A DNA stretch of 64,000 nucleotides from the NCBI GenBank assembly GCA_951406725.2, contig OX597828.1, positions 59,830,001 to 59,894,000 of the forward strand, given 5' to 3'. The number at the start of each line of letters is the position of its first letter. The first letter of the stretch is position 1. Under the pieces are notes generated by a model. The model was not told the origin of the DNA, searched no databases, and saw only the letters and a program-made list of their open reading frames with translations. Positions 50,801 through 62,659 of this stretch are shown here, one piece after another. Source of the DNA: Octopus vulgaris. Taxonomy: Eukaryota. Position numbers and translations under genes: made by a program.

Positions 50801-53800
50801 ATAGTTAATTTTCTCACTAACACCCGAAAACCACCTCAACATTTTCAAAATACATTTTAAAATCAGATAAACACCTGCAAATAATATCTTACAGAGATAC
50901 TTAATATTAAACTCTACTCCAATCTTAAAAAATAGAAAACATATCAACTCATCAACATATAGGTTAGTAGAAATTGTAACAGTGTATGGGGAGAGTAACA
51001 GATGATGTGGAGATGGGAAATGGATGAAGGGTTGAATACAATGAGAAGAACAATTGTTGAGAGATGATAGAGATTGGAAGGAAGGTAGGGTAAAGTGATG
51101 ACTGTAGAAATTGGGTAGGATTGAGAGGTAGATGTAGTGAATGGTGAATAAGAAGTGGAGGTGACCAGTGATACATGAAGTGAGGGAGGTTGGGAAAAGT
51201 AGGAAATGATTAGCAGTACTGAAAGGAGTGAAAAGTAGCAAAGATAGTAATAATGAGAAAGTAGAAAATGTAGGTTGCAAGAGTATGAGAGGAGAGGCAA
51301 GCAAAGTGCATGAGGAAAGTGAGAGATGTATGGCAATGGAGGAGGAAAGCAAATTTTGTGGCACTGAAGATTGATCAATGCAAAATGTAGGTGGAGAAGG
51401 ATAATATTAAGAATGAAGGATAGATGTCAAGTGAAACGGTTCTAGAGTAGGAAGGATAAATAGCAATAGGGAAAGCTGGTGAAGTATTTCATTCAGCTCA
51501 CATTTAATTAGAACAGCAGAATATAATACGTAGGCATGTGATGAAGGTGTCACTGGTAAAGAGATAATGGAATGGTGGTGGGAATGTCTTTGGGAGGAAA
51601 TTGGCGAAAGTGCCCAGTTCATTATCATCAATATCAACATTTAATGTATGTTTTCTGTTTTGAGATGGGTTGAACAGCTTGACAGGAACTGGCAAGGCCA
51701 AGGACCACACCAGGTTCCATAGTCTGTTTTGGCTTGGTTTCTGCAAGCTGGATGCCTTTCCTAATGCCAATCACTTTACCAAGTATACTGGGTGCTTTTC
51801 ATGTGGCACCAGAACCAGTGTGTTTTACATGGTACCAGCAGCCATACAAATGTTTTTTACATGGCACCTTTGTTTTAGGATATCAATTCTGTTGTGGTGG
51901 GCAGGTCTTCCTGAGTACAGCAATAAACCACATATCTTCGTCTTCTTTCATCTCCTTTGCAAGGCTCGGCGTTTTGACATTGATCTTCAAACTTTGTCCC
52001 ATGTCTCCCTCAGCTTCCCACTTCCACAACTTCCCTCCACTTTAAGGGATTGGCACTTCTTTATGCAACTGTCCTCATCCATCCCCATCATATGACCAAA
52101 CCAGTGCAGTTTCCTCTTTTGCACACTGCCTAACTTCTCTCTCAATACTCTAGTGCTCTGTTGCACATGTACACTGACATTGCAGATCCAATGGAGCATA
52201 CCAGTTTCGTTCTGCTCTGGTTCCTATGTTGGGTTTAAATGACGAAGACTGCCTTTCTCCCATTCATTCTCCACATCTAATAGTCTTTCGTAGTAGCTCT
52301 TCTAGGTTTCTTTCATTTCAGGATTACTAAGACCAAGTATACCATTATCGTACACACGTCTCTCCCATAATATCTTGGTTTTCTCTAACACACTGTCTAG
52401 CAAACAAGAACAACTCAAGACTTTGATCTTCATGTGGTAAGACATTGGCAAACCTCTTCCTTTCTGCTTTGGCCCTAGCTAAGTACACCTGAAGCTTAGC
52501 ATCTCTTTTAGTTATCTGATATGGTTCTTTGCTACCCCAACTCTTCCACTCTTCTTTTATAGACCCGTCAACCTGACTGTTCCACCACCATGTCACCTTT
52601 GGTCTGGCAGAAGTTTCATTCAAATCACAGATTTAATCTGTTGCCCTCAGTAGATTGTTCCTGTAAGAACTCCTCTATGTTGTATGTCTCCATCTCTGAC
52701 TCCTATTCATCAAAATCTTCATTCAGGGCATCTCTTTAGTCTTGTAAAGCTTTTGTAGACAAATATTATTATTATTATTATTATTATTAAGAAAGCAGCA
52801 AGCTGGTAGAATTGTTAACACACCAGGCAAAATGCTTAGCAGCATATTGCCTATCTTTACATTCTGAGTTAAAATTCCACTGAGGTCAACTTTGCTTTTC
52901 ATCCTTTTGAAGTCAACAAAATAAGTACCAGTTGAGGACTGGAGTCAAAATTGCTGGCTTTGTGCCAAAATTTGAAATCAATATTGATATTATTATTAAG
53001 GCAACAATTATCTCATCTAGATCGTCCCGTAGGATGCCCCTTTTCAGGGGTTTCGGTTGCACATACTATAGGAGTCACAGGGCACTGCTATATGTGGTCC
53101 CACAATTTCCATCTAACTAGGAATATTAGGGTCTCATCCATTGTCTTGTATTCAAGATCTTCTGCATGACATCCTGCTAGTTCAAAGCCAGGAATCTGAT
53201 CTGTTAAGATCCTGCTGATAATTAAATCCATGCCCTGCTGCTGATGCTTCCATTTATTGTCATTAAGGTTTTGTCCGTCTCCCACCCTTTGACCTGTCTG
53301 GCCTGGCAAGACCTGCCTGAAGATTTCTCCCCCCCCCCCCAGCATAGCTCTCTGGGTCAATGGAGCACACAGGCACTTCAGCGCAACAAGGTACTTGTTG
53401 AATTGGCCAGTATCTACACAGTCGTTCTTTGATGGGCCTTATTTTTTCATCCTGCAGGGTGTTCAACAATCACCCTCCTCACCAAGCAAGCTTGATGGGG
53501 TTGCCAGTTTAGTCATCAACGACCCAACCATGCGACTGGTTGTACTGGGTTACATGTTACCATTAGCGCTCAAGAGCAACCTGGCAACAATTAATCTTCA
53601 GCAATGCAGAAGTAGCCGTGCATATCACGATGTTATATACTTCTAAATCACTACCAGCGTCACATTGCAGATATAAAAAACAATACACTTTTGTCTATCT
53701 ACTCACCACCACCAACTCTATGCCTTTCTTTAACCTCACCATCAGAACATCCCCCCGCCCCCGCCAAAATTATATTTCTAACTCACCTTTATATCACTTC

Positions 53801-56800
53801 TTTCAACTAACTTTTTAACTACATAATAAATATGTTCTCCCACCTTTCTCACTCCTCACCTTACCCTCTTTTTCTCTCTCATTTTTCTTTCTCCCTCTCT
53901 TTCTCTCATTCTTCGCCTTTCCCTTCAACTAATCTCCGGGTTAAGTAACGGAGAAACAAACAAAATTATTATAAGATTAAGCTGGCAGAATCGTTACTGC
54001 ACCAGGTGGAATGTGTAGCAGCATTTTGTCCATCTCTACATTCTGAGTTCAAATTCCACTGAGGTTTACTTTGCTTTTCACTCTTTTAGGGTCAATAAAA
54101 TAAGTACCAAAGGTGGCAGGCTGGCAGAAACGTTAGCACACCTGGTGAAATGCTTAGCGGTATTTCGTCTGTCTTTACATTCTGAGTTCAAATTCCGTTG
54201 AGGTCGACTTTGCTTTGCATCTCTTCAGGGTCAATAAATTAAGTACCAGTTGCGTACTGGGGTCAATCTAATCAACTGCTTCCCCCAAAAAAATTTGGGG
54301 CCTAGAGTAGAAAAGAAAAGAATAAGTACCAGTTGAACACTGCGGTTGAGATAATTGACTTATCCCTTCCCCTGAAACTGCTAGCTTTGCACCAAAATTT
54401 GAAATTATTATTATTCTTTGCATAGGCACAAGACCTCAAATTTGAAGGATGGGACAGTCAATTGTATCACTCTCTGTATTGTATTTGACTAGTACTTTGG
54501 AAGAACGAAAAGCAAAGGATTTGAACTTATAACATAAAACGGTCATAGCTATATACTAGAAGGCATTTTATTTAAGTATTGATAATGAGACATTTTCAAA
54601 TTACTTTTGTGATATTTATTTAATCTTCTGAAGATAAGAAAAGTTCAGTTATATGTAAACAAGAAATTTACTGAACTTTTTCAAAGGCTTACCTGAATAA
54701 TTTTTTCATTGTTTCCAACCATCTTAAAACCATAAGAGTGAATTTTGAAATCCTATAATAAATATTTTTGAAAATATGTGGAAAATACAAATAAAATAAG
54801 CAGTGGAAAAAATAAAACATTCATAATATATCTTTTTATAAATAACCAAGCCATCAGCCATAAGGCTACAAAGTTGTTTTCATGAGCAAGATCATGTGAC
54901 TGATATCATACCCACTCATCAGCAATCTTTTTTTTTTTTACATTTTTGGATAAATTCAGGAATTTATAAGTTTTGCTTTCCTATCGAGAGTTCAGATAGA
55001 GTGGTTAATGTGAGTCTTGTGACAAAGCCTATGACTTCTTACCATTTTAATATCATTTTGTGTGTATATCTCTACATCTCACTTTTCCTCAATTGAGTTT
55101 TGAAAGTATACTAATAAGTCCTGCATAAACAGGAATAATATAATTTGTTAAGCTAACTTGTATAACCATCTGCAGTTAACCAATTCTATCAATACCAATA
55201 ACTTATCAATTATTTGAGCAGAGGAAAGATAATGTATGCATGAAAACAATTAATAGAAGGTTGATAGAAGAAAAAAATCAGGAAAATTGACAGATGTGTA
55301 CAGGAAGCAAGGTGCTTTGGTAGACTGATAATAAGGCACATACATAAGCTAAAGTCTGAGTAGGAAATTATTCTGATACTGGAGGTTAAGGCTCATTCTT
55401 AACTGAAAATTTTATAACAGACTTACCTTACACAGGAAATATGACAGTCACTATAATGTGTACATATGGCACAACAGTAGTGTTAATCCAAAAGAAATAC
55501 TGAGAATTACTTCAATAGTAAATGGAAAATCTTAATTGTAACATGATATTAATAGAAATGTATGGAACTACCAGTTAGGTATAAGATTTTTATAGTTCTT
55601 AAACTGAATTTGAACTGATCAGAATCTGTCTTGTCAGAGGAATTTGTCAACTAATGCAAATTAGTGTTTTATAATTTAGTATTAAAAGAAGAAAAAGAAA
55701 GATCTTTCTGAAAGCTACACAGTTGGATGAGCTGAGAATTGTCAAACCTATCAGTCTGTTTTCACAGATTTTACAGTCCTTATAAACTTATTCAAAAGTA
55801 TTGAATGGTAAAAATATGCTGAAGTTTCAACCTATTCAAAAACCACAATCTGAATGGGGAAAATATTTGTTCTTAGCAGAGAAGGATTGCATGTTAGGTA
55901 ACATATCCTTCAGACCATTGCCTAACGTATCGAGATGGGAATAGAAGTACATCTAGCTTTGTAATGAATATGGTTCCCGTAAGATACTGCAATTCTGCTT
56001 TGTTCAAATAAAACAAGCAAATACTAAAGAAAATAAAGTACTATTTGTGTTATACATTACTAGTACATGACCTGTTAATAAGAAAAAAGCAGTGCTATGT
56101 TTAGAATAACATTTCAATTTAACTCTACTATTGTTTGAGAAACACACAAAACATATAATTTGATAATATATTTACATCATCATCATCATCGTTTAACGTC
56201 CGTTTTCCATGCTAGCATGGGTTGGACGGTTCAACTGGGGTCTGGGAAGCCAGAAGGCTGCACCAGGCCCAGTCTGTTCTGGCAGTGTTTCTACAGCTGG
56301 ATGCCCTTCCTAACGCCAACCACTCCATGAGTATAGTGGGTGCTTTTTACGTGCTACCGGCACAGGTGCCAGATGAGGCTGGCAACGGCCATGATCAGAT
56401 GGTGCTTTTTACGTGCCACCGGCATGGAGGCTAGACAGGGTTGGCAACGGCCACGATCGGATGGTGCTTTTTACTTGCACCGGCACGGAGCCAGTCGGGG
56501 CGGCACTGGCAACGGTCACATTCGGATGGTTCTCTTACGTGCCACCGGCACTGGTAACACAACTACAATTTCCATCGATATTGATCGATTTCGATTTTCA
56601 CTTGCCTCAACAGGTCTTCACAAGTAAAGTTTTGTGTCCCAAGAAGGAAAGGTATGCATAAGTGGACTGGCTACATCCCAGCTAGAGGCCACAGGTTATG
56701 GTCTCACTTGTCCTGCCGGGTCTTCTCACACACACAGCATACTTCCAAAGGTCTCAGTCACTAGTCATTTCCTAGGTGAGCCCTAACATTCAAAGGTCGT

Positions 56801-58927
56801 GCTTTACCACCTCGTCCCAGGTTTTCCTGGGTCTACCTCTTCCACAGGTTCCCTCAACTGCTAGGGTGTGGCACTTTTTCACACAACTATCTTCATCCAG
56901 TCTCGCCACATGACCATACCAGTGCAAACAACTCTCTTGCACACTACAACTGATGCTTCTTAGGTCCAACTTTTCTCTCAAGGTACTTACACTCTGTCGA
57001 GTATGAACATGACACATCCATCGGAGCATACTGGCTTCACAAAATCAGTAATAAAATAACAAATAAAATATTAAGCAAATCTGTACTTATTATATAGGTA
57101 GCATATCAATATTTACACTATTTCCTTATAGACAACATTACGCATAAGTCTTTTTACACTTTCATTATGACGTCTACTTGTTCCTGATCTGGTAAATTCT
57201 TTTTGATCAGCAAATATTTAAATTTTCACTGGATCCCCAACCTTATATATAACTGGCCATGAGTAAATACAGGCGCAGGCATGTAGATGCTGCACTTAGA
57301 AAGGCTTTGTCCTTCACTTTTGTTTATAGACATCACGAAAGCAGATCTCATTGGAAATTGGCGTTTTTTCAAAGTAAAGGGCAAATCAGTATCAGATGGT
57401 TGCAGAATAATGCGAGGAATCAAAAGTGTGCGTCCTGCATCAACACCAGTTATTTTACTTGCAGTGATCACATTATCTGACACTGATAACACTCTATAAC
57501 GTGCGCCATTGCAGTGCCCATTTCTCTGATCTAAGTTTCTTAGCAACATTATAGGAACACCGTTTTTAATTTGATAAATGACGTGGCATGCTACTTATAT
57601 TAAGAGAATTAAGAAATTCAGGAAGATAGAGTGAAGATTGTTGGTCTTCTGCAACAGAATCACCTAAGAGTATATGTCTCACCTGGAAATTTCTAGATTA
57701 TGTGGTTATTTAGATTGTCAACTTCTTCATTCTTTGTTGATAATATTGCTCGTGATGTTAACCATTACGCGTTGTTAAAATTAACCTGTAATTCTTCATA
57801 GACATGGTTGATCAAATCCTTCTTGCCGTTGACTTGAAATTGCTGAGGAATCTCTATTACATCATCATATAATTGTCTTTGAACATTAGGGATTCTTCCA
57901 TCACCAATTTGCAATGTCAAGCTTGAGAGGTGGTATCATTATTGCTGAGACAGTTTTGCACTCTCATATTAGTGGTGAGATGAAGTACTTCGCATTTGTG
58001 CCAAATAATGGATTTTTTTCAAACATGTTCCAATTAGAGAAGACCTTTGTGCTCTTTGAACCACTGGAAGAATTTGATGGAAATCAACACCTAAAATTGT
58101 CAATTTGCTGCCAAAATATTACCATGCTCCATCTTGGGAATCCCGGCTCTATCTAATTTACTGATGGCTTCGGACAGACGGACGGATGGACGCGGCCATG
58201 CATGACAATATTTGTATCTTATTCACACAGTGTGAGGTATGAAAACAACCAGACTTTCTATTTCATTCCCTCTATTTATCTAATTACTGATGGCTTTGGA
58301 CAGACATTCCTTTTACATATGCCTATGTTCTCTCTCTCTCTTTGTGTGTGTGTCTCTCTCTGTCTCTCTTTCTCTCCCTCCCCTTCTCAACTCTACTTCT
58401 CTACATCCCCCTCTCTCTTTTTCTCTCTCTCTAACTCTGCTTTTCCTTTATCTAATTACTGATGGTTTTGGACAGACAGGCAGACGCAGCTCTTATTATA
58501 GTATAAGATTATAAAATGATTATAAGGCAGCAAGCTAGCAGAATTGTTAACACATCAGGCAAAATACTAAGCAGTATTTTATCTGTCTTTACATTCTAAG
58601 AACAAATTCCAATGAGATGAACTTTGCCTTCATCCTTTTGGGGTTGATAAAATAAGTAGTAGTTGTAATCAACTTACTCCTACCCCTGACATTGCTGGCT
58701 TTGTGCCAAACTTTGAAACCATTATTCTTAAATGATTTATTTTTTAGTAATAAAAGCAAAGGGAAAAAATATTTTCATACAAAATAAATAAAAGCATTGA
58801 AGTATAAATAAAATACGTGTTGGTAATATTCAAAGAAAACTTACCCGACTGTAAATCATTAGTCGTTTACATGGTTGCTGAATAGAGTTGACAGCCAATA
58901 ATTTCTTCTTTTTAGCCTGAGAGAAGA
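27816..58927 (-). CDS. MTMR10: Myotubularin-related protein 10/11/12-like gene, internal exons (PH-GRAM region to start of the myotubularin domain); 5' end beyond the window, 3' end lost at the gap
   Basis: exons 58927-58845, 54752-54693, 49494-49410, 35027-34898, 27903-27816 splice in phase: FSQAKKKKLL...KRLMIYSR|DFKIHSYGF...|FLKQMSQYAFP...LFVLNY...|MFIRQKDWQDELTR...WYVTSANENFQLSS|LPEYFIIPESL...FDDQRLL, collinear with recalled MTMR10/12. Confidence 0.82.
29030..29910 (+). repeat. Internally repetitive element (three related subunits between 30-bp direct repeats), possibly Penelope-like terminal repeat
   Basis: gcagaagac.atgctctagtctaaacttgc at 29031 and 29879; tatttactgc.tgaccacctaactct three times between them. 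Confidence 0.5.
30100..33666 (+). mobile_element. RTE-clade LINE, near full length with stops, internal deletions and a SINE insertion
   Basis: APE endonuclease (CIQEVRW, GGVGIL, SAYAPQ, AGDFNGH) in ORF 30100-30783; RT (GVHQGSVLSP, YADD) in 31538-32080; PHD-like finger in 32038-32499; (GAT)n tail ends 33666. Confidence 0.95.
32431..32665 (-). mobile_element. Young short-family SINE inserted in the RTE LINE
   Basis: 13-bp TSD tagaataagaata (32418-32430 / 32666-32678); interrupts the RIRIA|WAKF segment; CpGs retained. Confidence 0.9.
34230..34760 (-). mobile_element. RTE/BovB-like LINE fragment (family distinct from the PHD-bearing RTE)
   Basis: FKYLG...ASFGRLKKRLW...KVYQAIVLSSLLY...NEEIL...WLGYIHRMDNNRLPR. 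Confidence 0.8.
34898..35027 (-). CDS. MTMR10: MTMR10-like exon (FSAEPPMPMFIRQKDWQDELTRIDQHPNWYVTSANENFQLSS)
   Basis: attcttag acceptor, gtaaga donor, phase 1/2; DW..EL.R...W.V...N motif. Confidence 0.85.
36000..37890 (+). mobile_element. HERO/NeSL-like non-LTR retrotransposon with restriction-like endonuclease, 5'-truncated and degenerate, plus a structured 3' region
   Basis: WAKMKFK, LPGKFKCWILQFG, IRKWFGLPK, EEYKVGKAR, RAGLG, LELTVPWEEN..K..RY, VGTRGF; stop at 37236-37238; extent of the 3'UTR inferred. Confidence 0.82.
37990..38760. repeat. Degenerate ~165-205-bp tandem units in an A-B-A-B arrangement (probable DNA-transposon subterminal repeats)
   Basis: aaagctgc.taac.tttt at 38011, 38187, 38393, 38556; aaagtcaattttagg and ataattaaagtatag motifs recur. 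Confidence 0.7.
38907..39805 (-). mobile_element. RTE LINE 3' fragment
   Basis: WMCNVSVHT...RCGVQE...WYGHMARMDEDSCVKK, 3'UTR repeats, (GAT)n tail. Confidence 0.9.
39806..41090 (+). mobile_element. Older RTE LINE 3' fragment with pyrimidine-rich 3'UTR
   Basis: HGSETWAVTVEDMQKLERNE (ORF 40048-40287); tail gatgatgatgat near 41080-41090. Confidence 0.8.
41832..42943 (+). mobile_element. Mariner DNA transposon, degenerate, both TIRs present
   Basis: TA-flanked TIRs tgaggtggtatcaaaaaagttcc / ggaactctttgatatcaccttg; EQRANMKFC, SGRP, KFVPHRLT, IITHDES..YDPEMKQQ, W.EHWD.C....GDF. Confidence 0.9.
43505..45514 (+). mobile_element. Non-autonomous Helitron-like element with an RTE 3' fragment (45138-45447, -) inserted
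   Basis: 5' a|TCTCTATATATAAAAC; 3' hairpin acccgc-N7-gcgggt followed by ATAG|t (CTAG variant). Confidence 0.55.
45640..46030 (-). mobile_element. R4/Dong-like RLE non-LTR retrotransposon 3' fragment
   Basis: FIPVVIGILGTTPK...DLQKTAVL..ERILR terminal motif followed by a (GAT)n tract. Confidence 0.7.
48008..48396 (-). mobile_element. tRNA-derived SINE (long family)
   Basis: reverse complement of the 12558-12958 family. Confidence 0.85.
49410..49494 (-). CDS. MTMR10: MTMR10-like exon (FLKQMSQYAFPDKNNLFVLNYNLKVKAD)
   Basis: tttag acceptor, gtaagc donor, phase 0/1. Confidence 0.78.
51620..52750 (-). mobile_element. Old, internally deleted RTE LINE remnant
   Basis: RPKVTWWWNS...RKRFANVL...ARQCVREN (52345-52623); LHWICNVSV...WFGHMMGMDEDSC (51987-52199). 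Confidence 0.8.
53980..54410 (+). mobile_element. SINE nested inside a same-family SINE
   Basis: inner copy 54110-54320 flanked by 11-bp TSD aataagtacca (54099-54109 / 54321-54331). Confidence 0.85.
54693..54752 (-). CDS. MTMR10: MTMR10-like exon (DFKIHSYGFKMVGNNEKIIQ)
   Basis: tatag acceptor, gtaagc donor, phase 0/0; DF.I...F PH-GRAM motif. Confidence 0.78.
56060..58508 (-). mobile_element. Internally deleted Helitron retaining the PIF1-like helicase C-terminus; interrupted by an RTE fragment
   Basis: minus strand a|TCTTATACTATAATAAG 5' end, CTAG|t 3' end; MLLRNLD...CNGAR...IPRI...RQFPMRSAFVMSINKSEGQSL...VFTHGQLY (57226-57549). Confidence 0.8.
56176..57040 (-). mobile_element. RTE LINE 3' fragment
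   Basis: ORF 56790-57029 (WYGHVARLDEDSCVKKC...GRGRPRKTW), 3'UTR repeats, (GAT)n tail. Confidence 0.9.
58845..58927 (-). CDS. MTMR10: MTMR10-like exon (FSQAKKKKLLAVNSIQQPCKRLMIYSR)
   Basis: ttccag acceptor, gtaagt donor; L.IY.R/K precedes the DF motif of the next exon. Confidence 0.75.
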
Positions 58928-59205
58928 CTGGAATGAAAACAAGAAAATTCATATAAACTATGCCAATGAGACTGACTCAATATTAAATCATTTTCTAAGT
59001 GGAAAAAGAAATATTTCATGATATAAAGCTTTGGCTATAAATTTTGTGAAAATGGCAGTACTTTTTTACTGAATGTAAAAAAAGTTTTCTACTTCAAAAA
59101 TCTAAAATTTATATAGCTTCAAAAATTAATGATGTGTAGCAGATGCAGCAGTGAACTCTAAGAGATGCTACATGATTAGTTTTTCTCTTCATTATTTCAA
59201 GCCAA

Positions 59206-59411
59206 AGGTGGCAAGCTGGCAGAAACATTAGCACACCAGGCAAAATGTTTAGCTGTATTCCATCTATCTTTATGTTCTGAGTTCAAATTCTGCCAAGGTC
59301 GACTTTGCCTTTCATCCTTTTGGGGTCAATAAATTAAGTAGCAGTTGCTGATCTAACCGACTGGCTCCTCCCCCACAAAAAATTTAGGGCCTTGTGCCTA
59401 GAGTAGAAAAG
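59206..59411 (+). mobile_element. Short-family SINE with 15-bp TSD
   Basis: attatttcaagccaa at 59191-59205 and 59412-59426. Confidence 0.9.
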
Positions 59412-60217
59412 ATTATTTCAAGCCAATCAGATTGCTTCTTCATGGTGTAGATTGCTTTTAATGATGTACCACACTTGCTAAGTAATTTCTATCACCTAAA
59501 ATTCAAAGAGAGGTAAGTTGAGCCTGATAAATGTAGCATTTTTATTATCAAACCAAACAATATTACAGCCAAATCCTTAATTGGCCTCAGGGCCATTCTC
59601 AGACTCTACTTTTCTCTTTTTCTGGATTGTGACCAATCAACTGCATTGGTATTTACACTAAATTCCACAACAGACTTACCACTCATGATATCTTCAGAAT
59701 TTTTCAACCATATTGGTGACCCATGAATTAAAATGAACATGAACATTTCTGACTGAATGACTTTATGCAGGAACTAGATATTTCAAGACTTCTAGATTTC
59801 TTCACTACATTGTTGCATTTTTTCCACTTGTTCAACTCACATGCTTCTTCTTCTCTGTATACTTTGTTATGATCCTAGCAACCCCACCCATGCACATGGC
59901 AGTATGCATACAAGCACTACACATACAACACTATACATTTGCCTCATACTACATGTGCCTTCATATATCAGCAATTATTTCCAAATTTGTTTTATCATCA
60001 AACTTCTACCCATGTATTTCACCTGGAACAGTAGTAACCAAGGATGGGAAAGAAGAAAGCAAGGAAAAAAAAGTTGAAGGACATTTGAATGTTTTCGTTG
60101 TGTTTATGTTGTCCTACTAAGGCAGGAGAACTGTATTATTTAAGAATTTTATTGCTTGAAGCTTAAAACAGTACTTTTTCCTTTCCTGCTGCACATCCAC
60201 ATTTTCAACTTGGAGTG

Positions 60218-60252
60218 GTTGTGACCCAACGGGTCACGGTGGGTACATCTAG
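60218..60252 (+). mobile_element. Helitron-type 3' terminus (hairpin + CTAG|T)
   Basis: gtgaccc-aac-gggtcac hairpin then ggtgggtacatCTAGt; 5' end not identified. Confidence 0.5.
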
Positions 60253-60262
60253 TATACATCTA

Positions 60263-60302
<40 letters not shown>

Positions 60303-60318
60303 AGAGAGAGAGAGAGAG

Positions 60319-60399
<81 letters not shown>

Positions 60400-60559
60400 A
60401 AGAGGGATAGATAGATAGATAGATAGATAAGACTACTTTCATGCTCTCTCTAACTATCTCCTTGCTGGACCTTAATCTGGATGTTGTATGGGAGTGAGGA
60501 AATTGTACTTCATTGAATTGAATAAACTATGTACTGAGGCTCTATGCTACCTGTTAAGC

Positions 60560-62655
60560 ATTTGTGCAGATCTTTTCAGGTACTGACAAAAGCCCCATGA
60601 CTGCCTTCCCATTGTCACTCCAAAGTATAGAATTTTAGGGCCACAACCATCAATGTTAGGACAATGAAAAGGAGGTCTGGTGAGATTATCAAAATGATGG
60701 AGCATTGCCATGCCGATGTGTGTGGTGTGCAAGAAGTGAGATGGAAGGGGATTTCTGCTAGATTCCTCATGGTTAAGAAACAGGTTCAAATTCTTCTGGG
60801 TAGGCAAGAGTGATGGAGTGGGTGGTGTGGGCATACTCTTAGAAGAAAAGGGGGTAGATAAGGTAACTGAGGTAGTCAGAGTATGTGATAGAATTACTAA
60901 GCTGAAACTCATCATAGATAAAGTAACAGTTACATTTATCTCTGCCTATGCTCCACAAGCCAGGTTGGCTGATGAGCAGAAGGACTAATTCTATGAGGTT
61001 CCTCTGCAGACTATCTCATTAACAAATGACAGAGACTTGGTTATTGGGGCTGGTGACTTCAATGTTGGGTAGCATCCCCATGTATTCTGTTGTGTGCATG
61101 GTGGTTATGGCTTTAGGAATGAGGAGGGAACAAGGCTACTGAAGTTATGTGATGCAAATGATCTTATGATCTGCAATACTAACTTCAGAAACCCAGCAGC
61201 TACTTAATCACTTATCAGTCTGGTGGGAACATAATCCAGGTTGATTACCTCCTCACCAGGCAATGAGATAGGCAGATGTTCACAAATGCAAAGAAAGTCT
61301 TTCCCAAGTGACGAATATACACCCCAACATAGGCTACTAGTTAGTGACTACAGAATTAGGATTAGAGTGACTTGGAGAAATAAAAAATACTGGAAAAGGA
61401 GATTATGGAAGCTGAAAGACCCAGCAAACAAACAAAAATTTAGAGACATTCTAATGAAGTCTCTGATAACAGAGAGGAGGAAATGGGGACATATAGCTTA
61501 TAGAACAATTGTAAGTTCCAGTGTGACAATCTACTGGGGGCCACTGACCAAATCTGTGGCTGGTGCAAAATCCCAGCTAGGCTGAGGGTGACATGGAGGT
61601 GGAACAAGGAGGTGGAGAGAACTATAAAAGCAAAGCAATAGGTCAGGAAAGACTTAAAAACAGTGGAAGCAGAGAACTGTATCGGATAGCCAGGCAAGGG
61701 AGGCTAGGCGACAGGTTTACATAGCAAAAGGAATAGTAGAAGGTAGGAAGTTTGCCAATGTTATGCAGCGTGAGGATCAGAGGCATGAGGTGTTCAGGTG
61801 CTACTATGAAAGGTTATTAAATGTGAAAAATGCATGGGAGGGGAGTCTTTCAAATATCAAACCAACTGAAGGACCAACTCTGATGAGTTGATAACAGTAT
61901 AAGAGGTGAGGCAATTAAGGACATGAAGGCAGGGAAAGTCCCTGGACCATCGGGTATCACTACTGAGATGAATAAAATATCTGGAAGAGTGGGATGCATC
62001 CTTGTTACTTGCATAGTTAATCAGATTATCAAGAAGACATCATCCCCATTGACTGGTATAGTAGTATTATAGTTAGCTGCTTTAAGGGTAAAAGTGATGC
62101 CTTAGAAACAACTACAGAATTATCAAACTGCTACACCAGGTCACGAAAGTTACAGAGAGCATTATAACTCAAATGATTAGGAAAAGAATTAAACAAGAGG
62201 AGATGCAGTTTGGTTTTGTTTCTGGGAGGAGTACCACAGATGCCATCTTCCTAGTGAAACAGTTGCAAGAAAAGTATCTGGCCAGCAGTAAACCATTGTA
62301 CTTAGCTTTTGTTGACCTGGAGAAAGTTTTCGATAGAGTTCCTCGCTCTGTTATCTGGTGATTTCTAAGGAAGCTAGGAGTAGAAAAGCAGCTTGTTAGA
62401 GCTGTACAAGCCATGTACAGTGGTGCTATCAATAAGGTGAGAGTTGGCCATGAATAGAGTGATGAATTTAGCATACAATTAGGGTTCATGAGGGATCAGT
62501 TCTTAGTCCACTCTTATTCATCATAGTCCTCCAAGTCATAATAGAGGAATTCAAAACTGGACGCCCATGGGAACTGCTATATGCTGACAACCTCACTCTT
62601 ATTACAGAATTGGAGAAGTTCTAGGTATGGAAGAAAAATCTGGAATCAAAGGGCC
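60560..62655 (+). mobile_element. Older degenerate RTE LINE (endonuclease + RT), interrupted by piggyBac
   Basis: VQEVRW, GVGIL, SAYAPQ, GDFN, QFGFVSGRSTTDAIF, DLEKVFD, WELLYADN; many stops and frameshifts. Confidence 0.9.
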
Positions 62656-62659
62656 TTAA

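Noticed and set aside
50744-51640. Long Leu/Ser/Phe-rich minus-strand ORFs (similar ones at 2892-3369)
   Set aside because: Produced by purine/pyrimidine strand-biased low-complexity DNA, probably old retroelement UTR; not protein-like.
53000-53650. Possible L1/Tx1-like remnant (similar GC-richer tract at 13560-14510)
   Set aside because: Too decayed to assign a family by eye.
59680-59760. Strong minus-strand donor (gagtg|gtaagt) as a possible further MTMR10-like exon
   Set aside because: Translation (SEMFMFILIHGSPIWLKNSEDIMS) shows no recognisable similarity to the expected upstream segment, and the acceptor is unclear.
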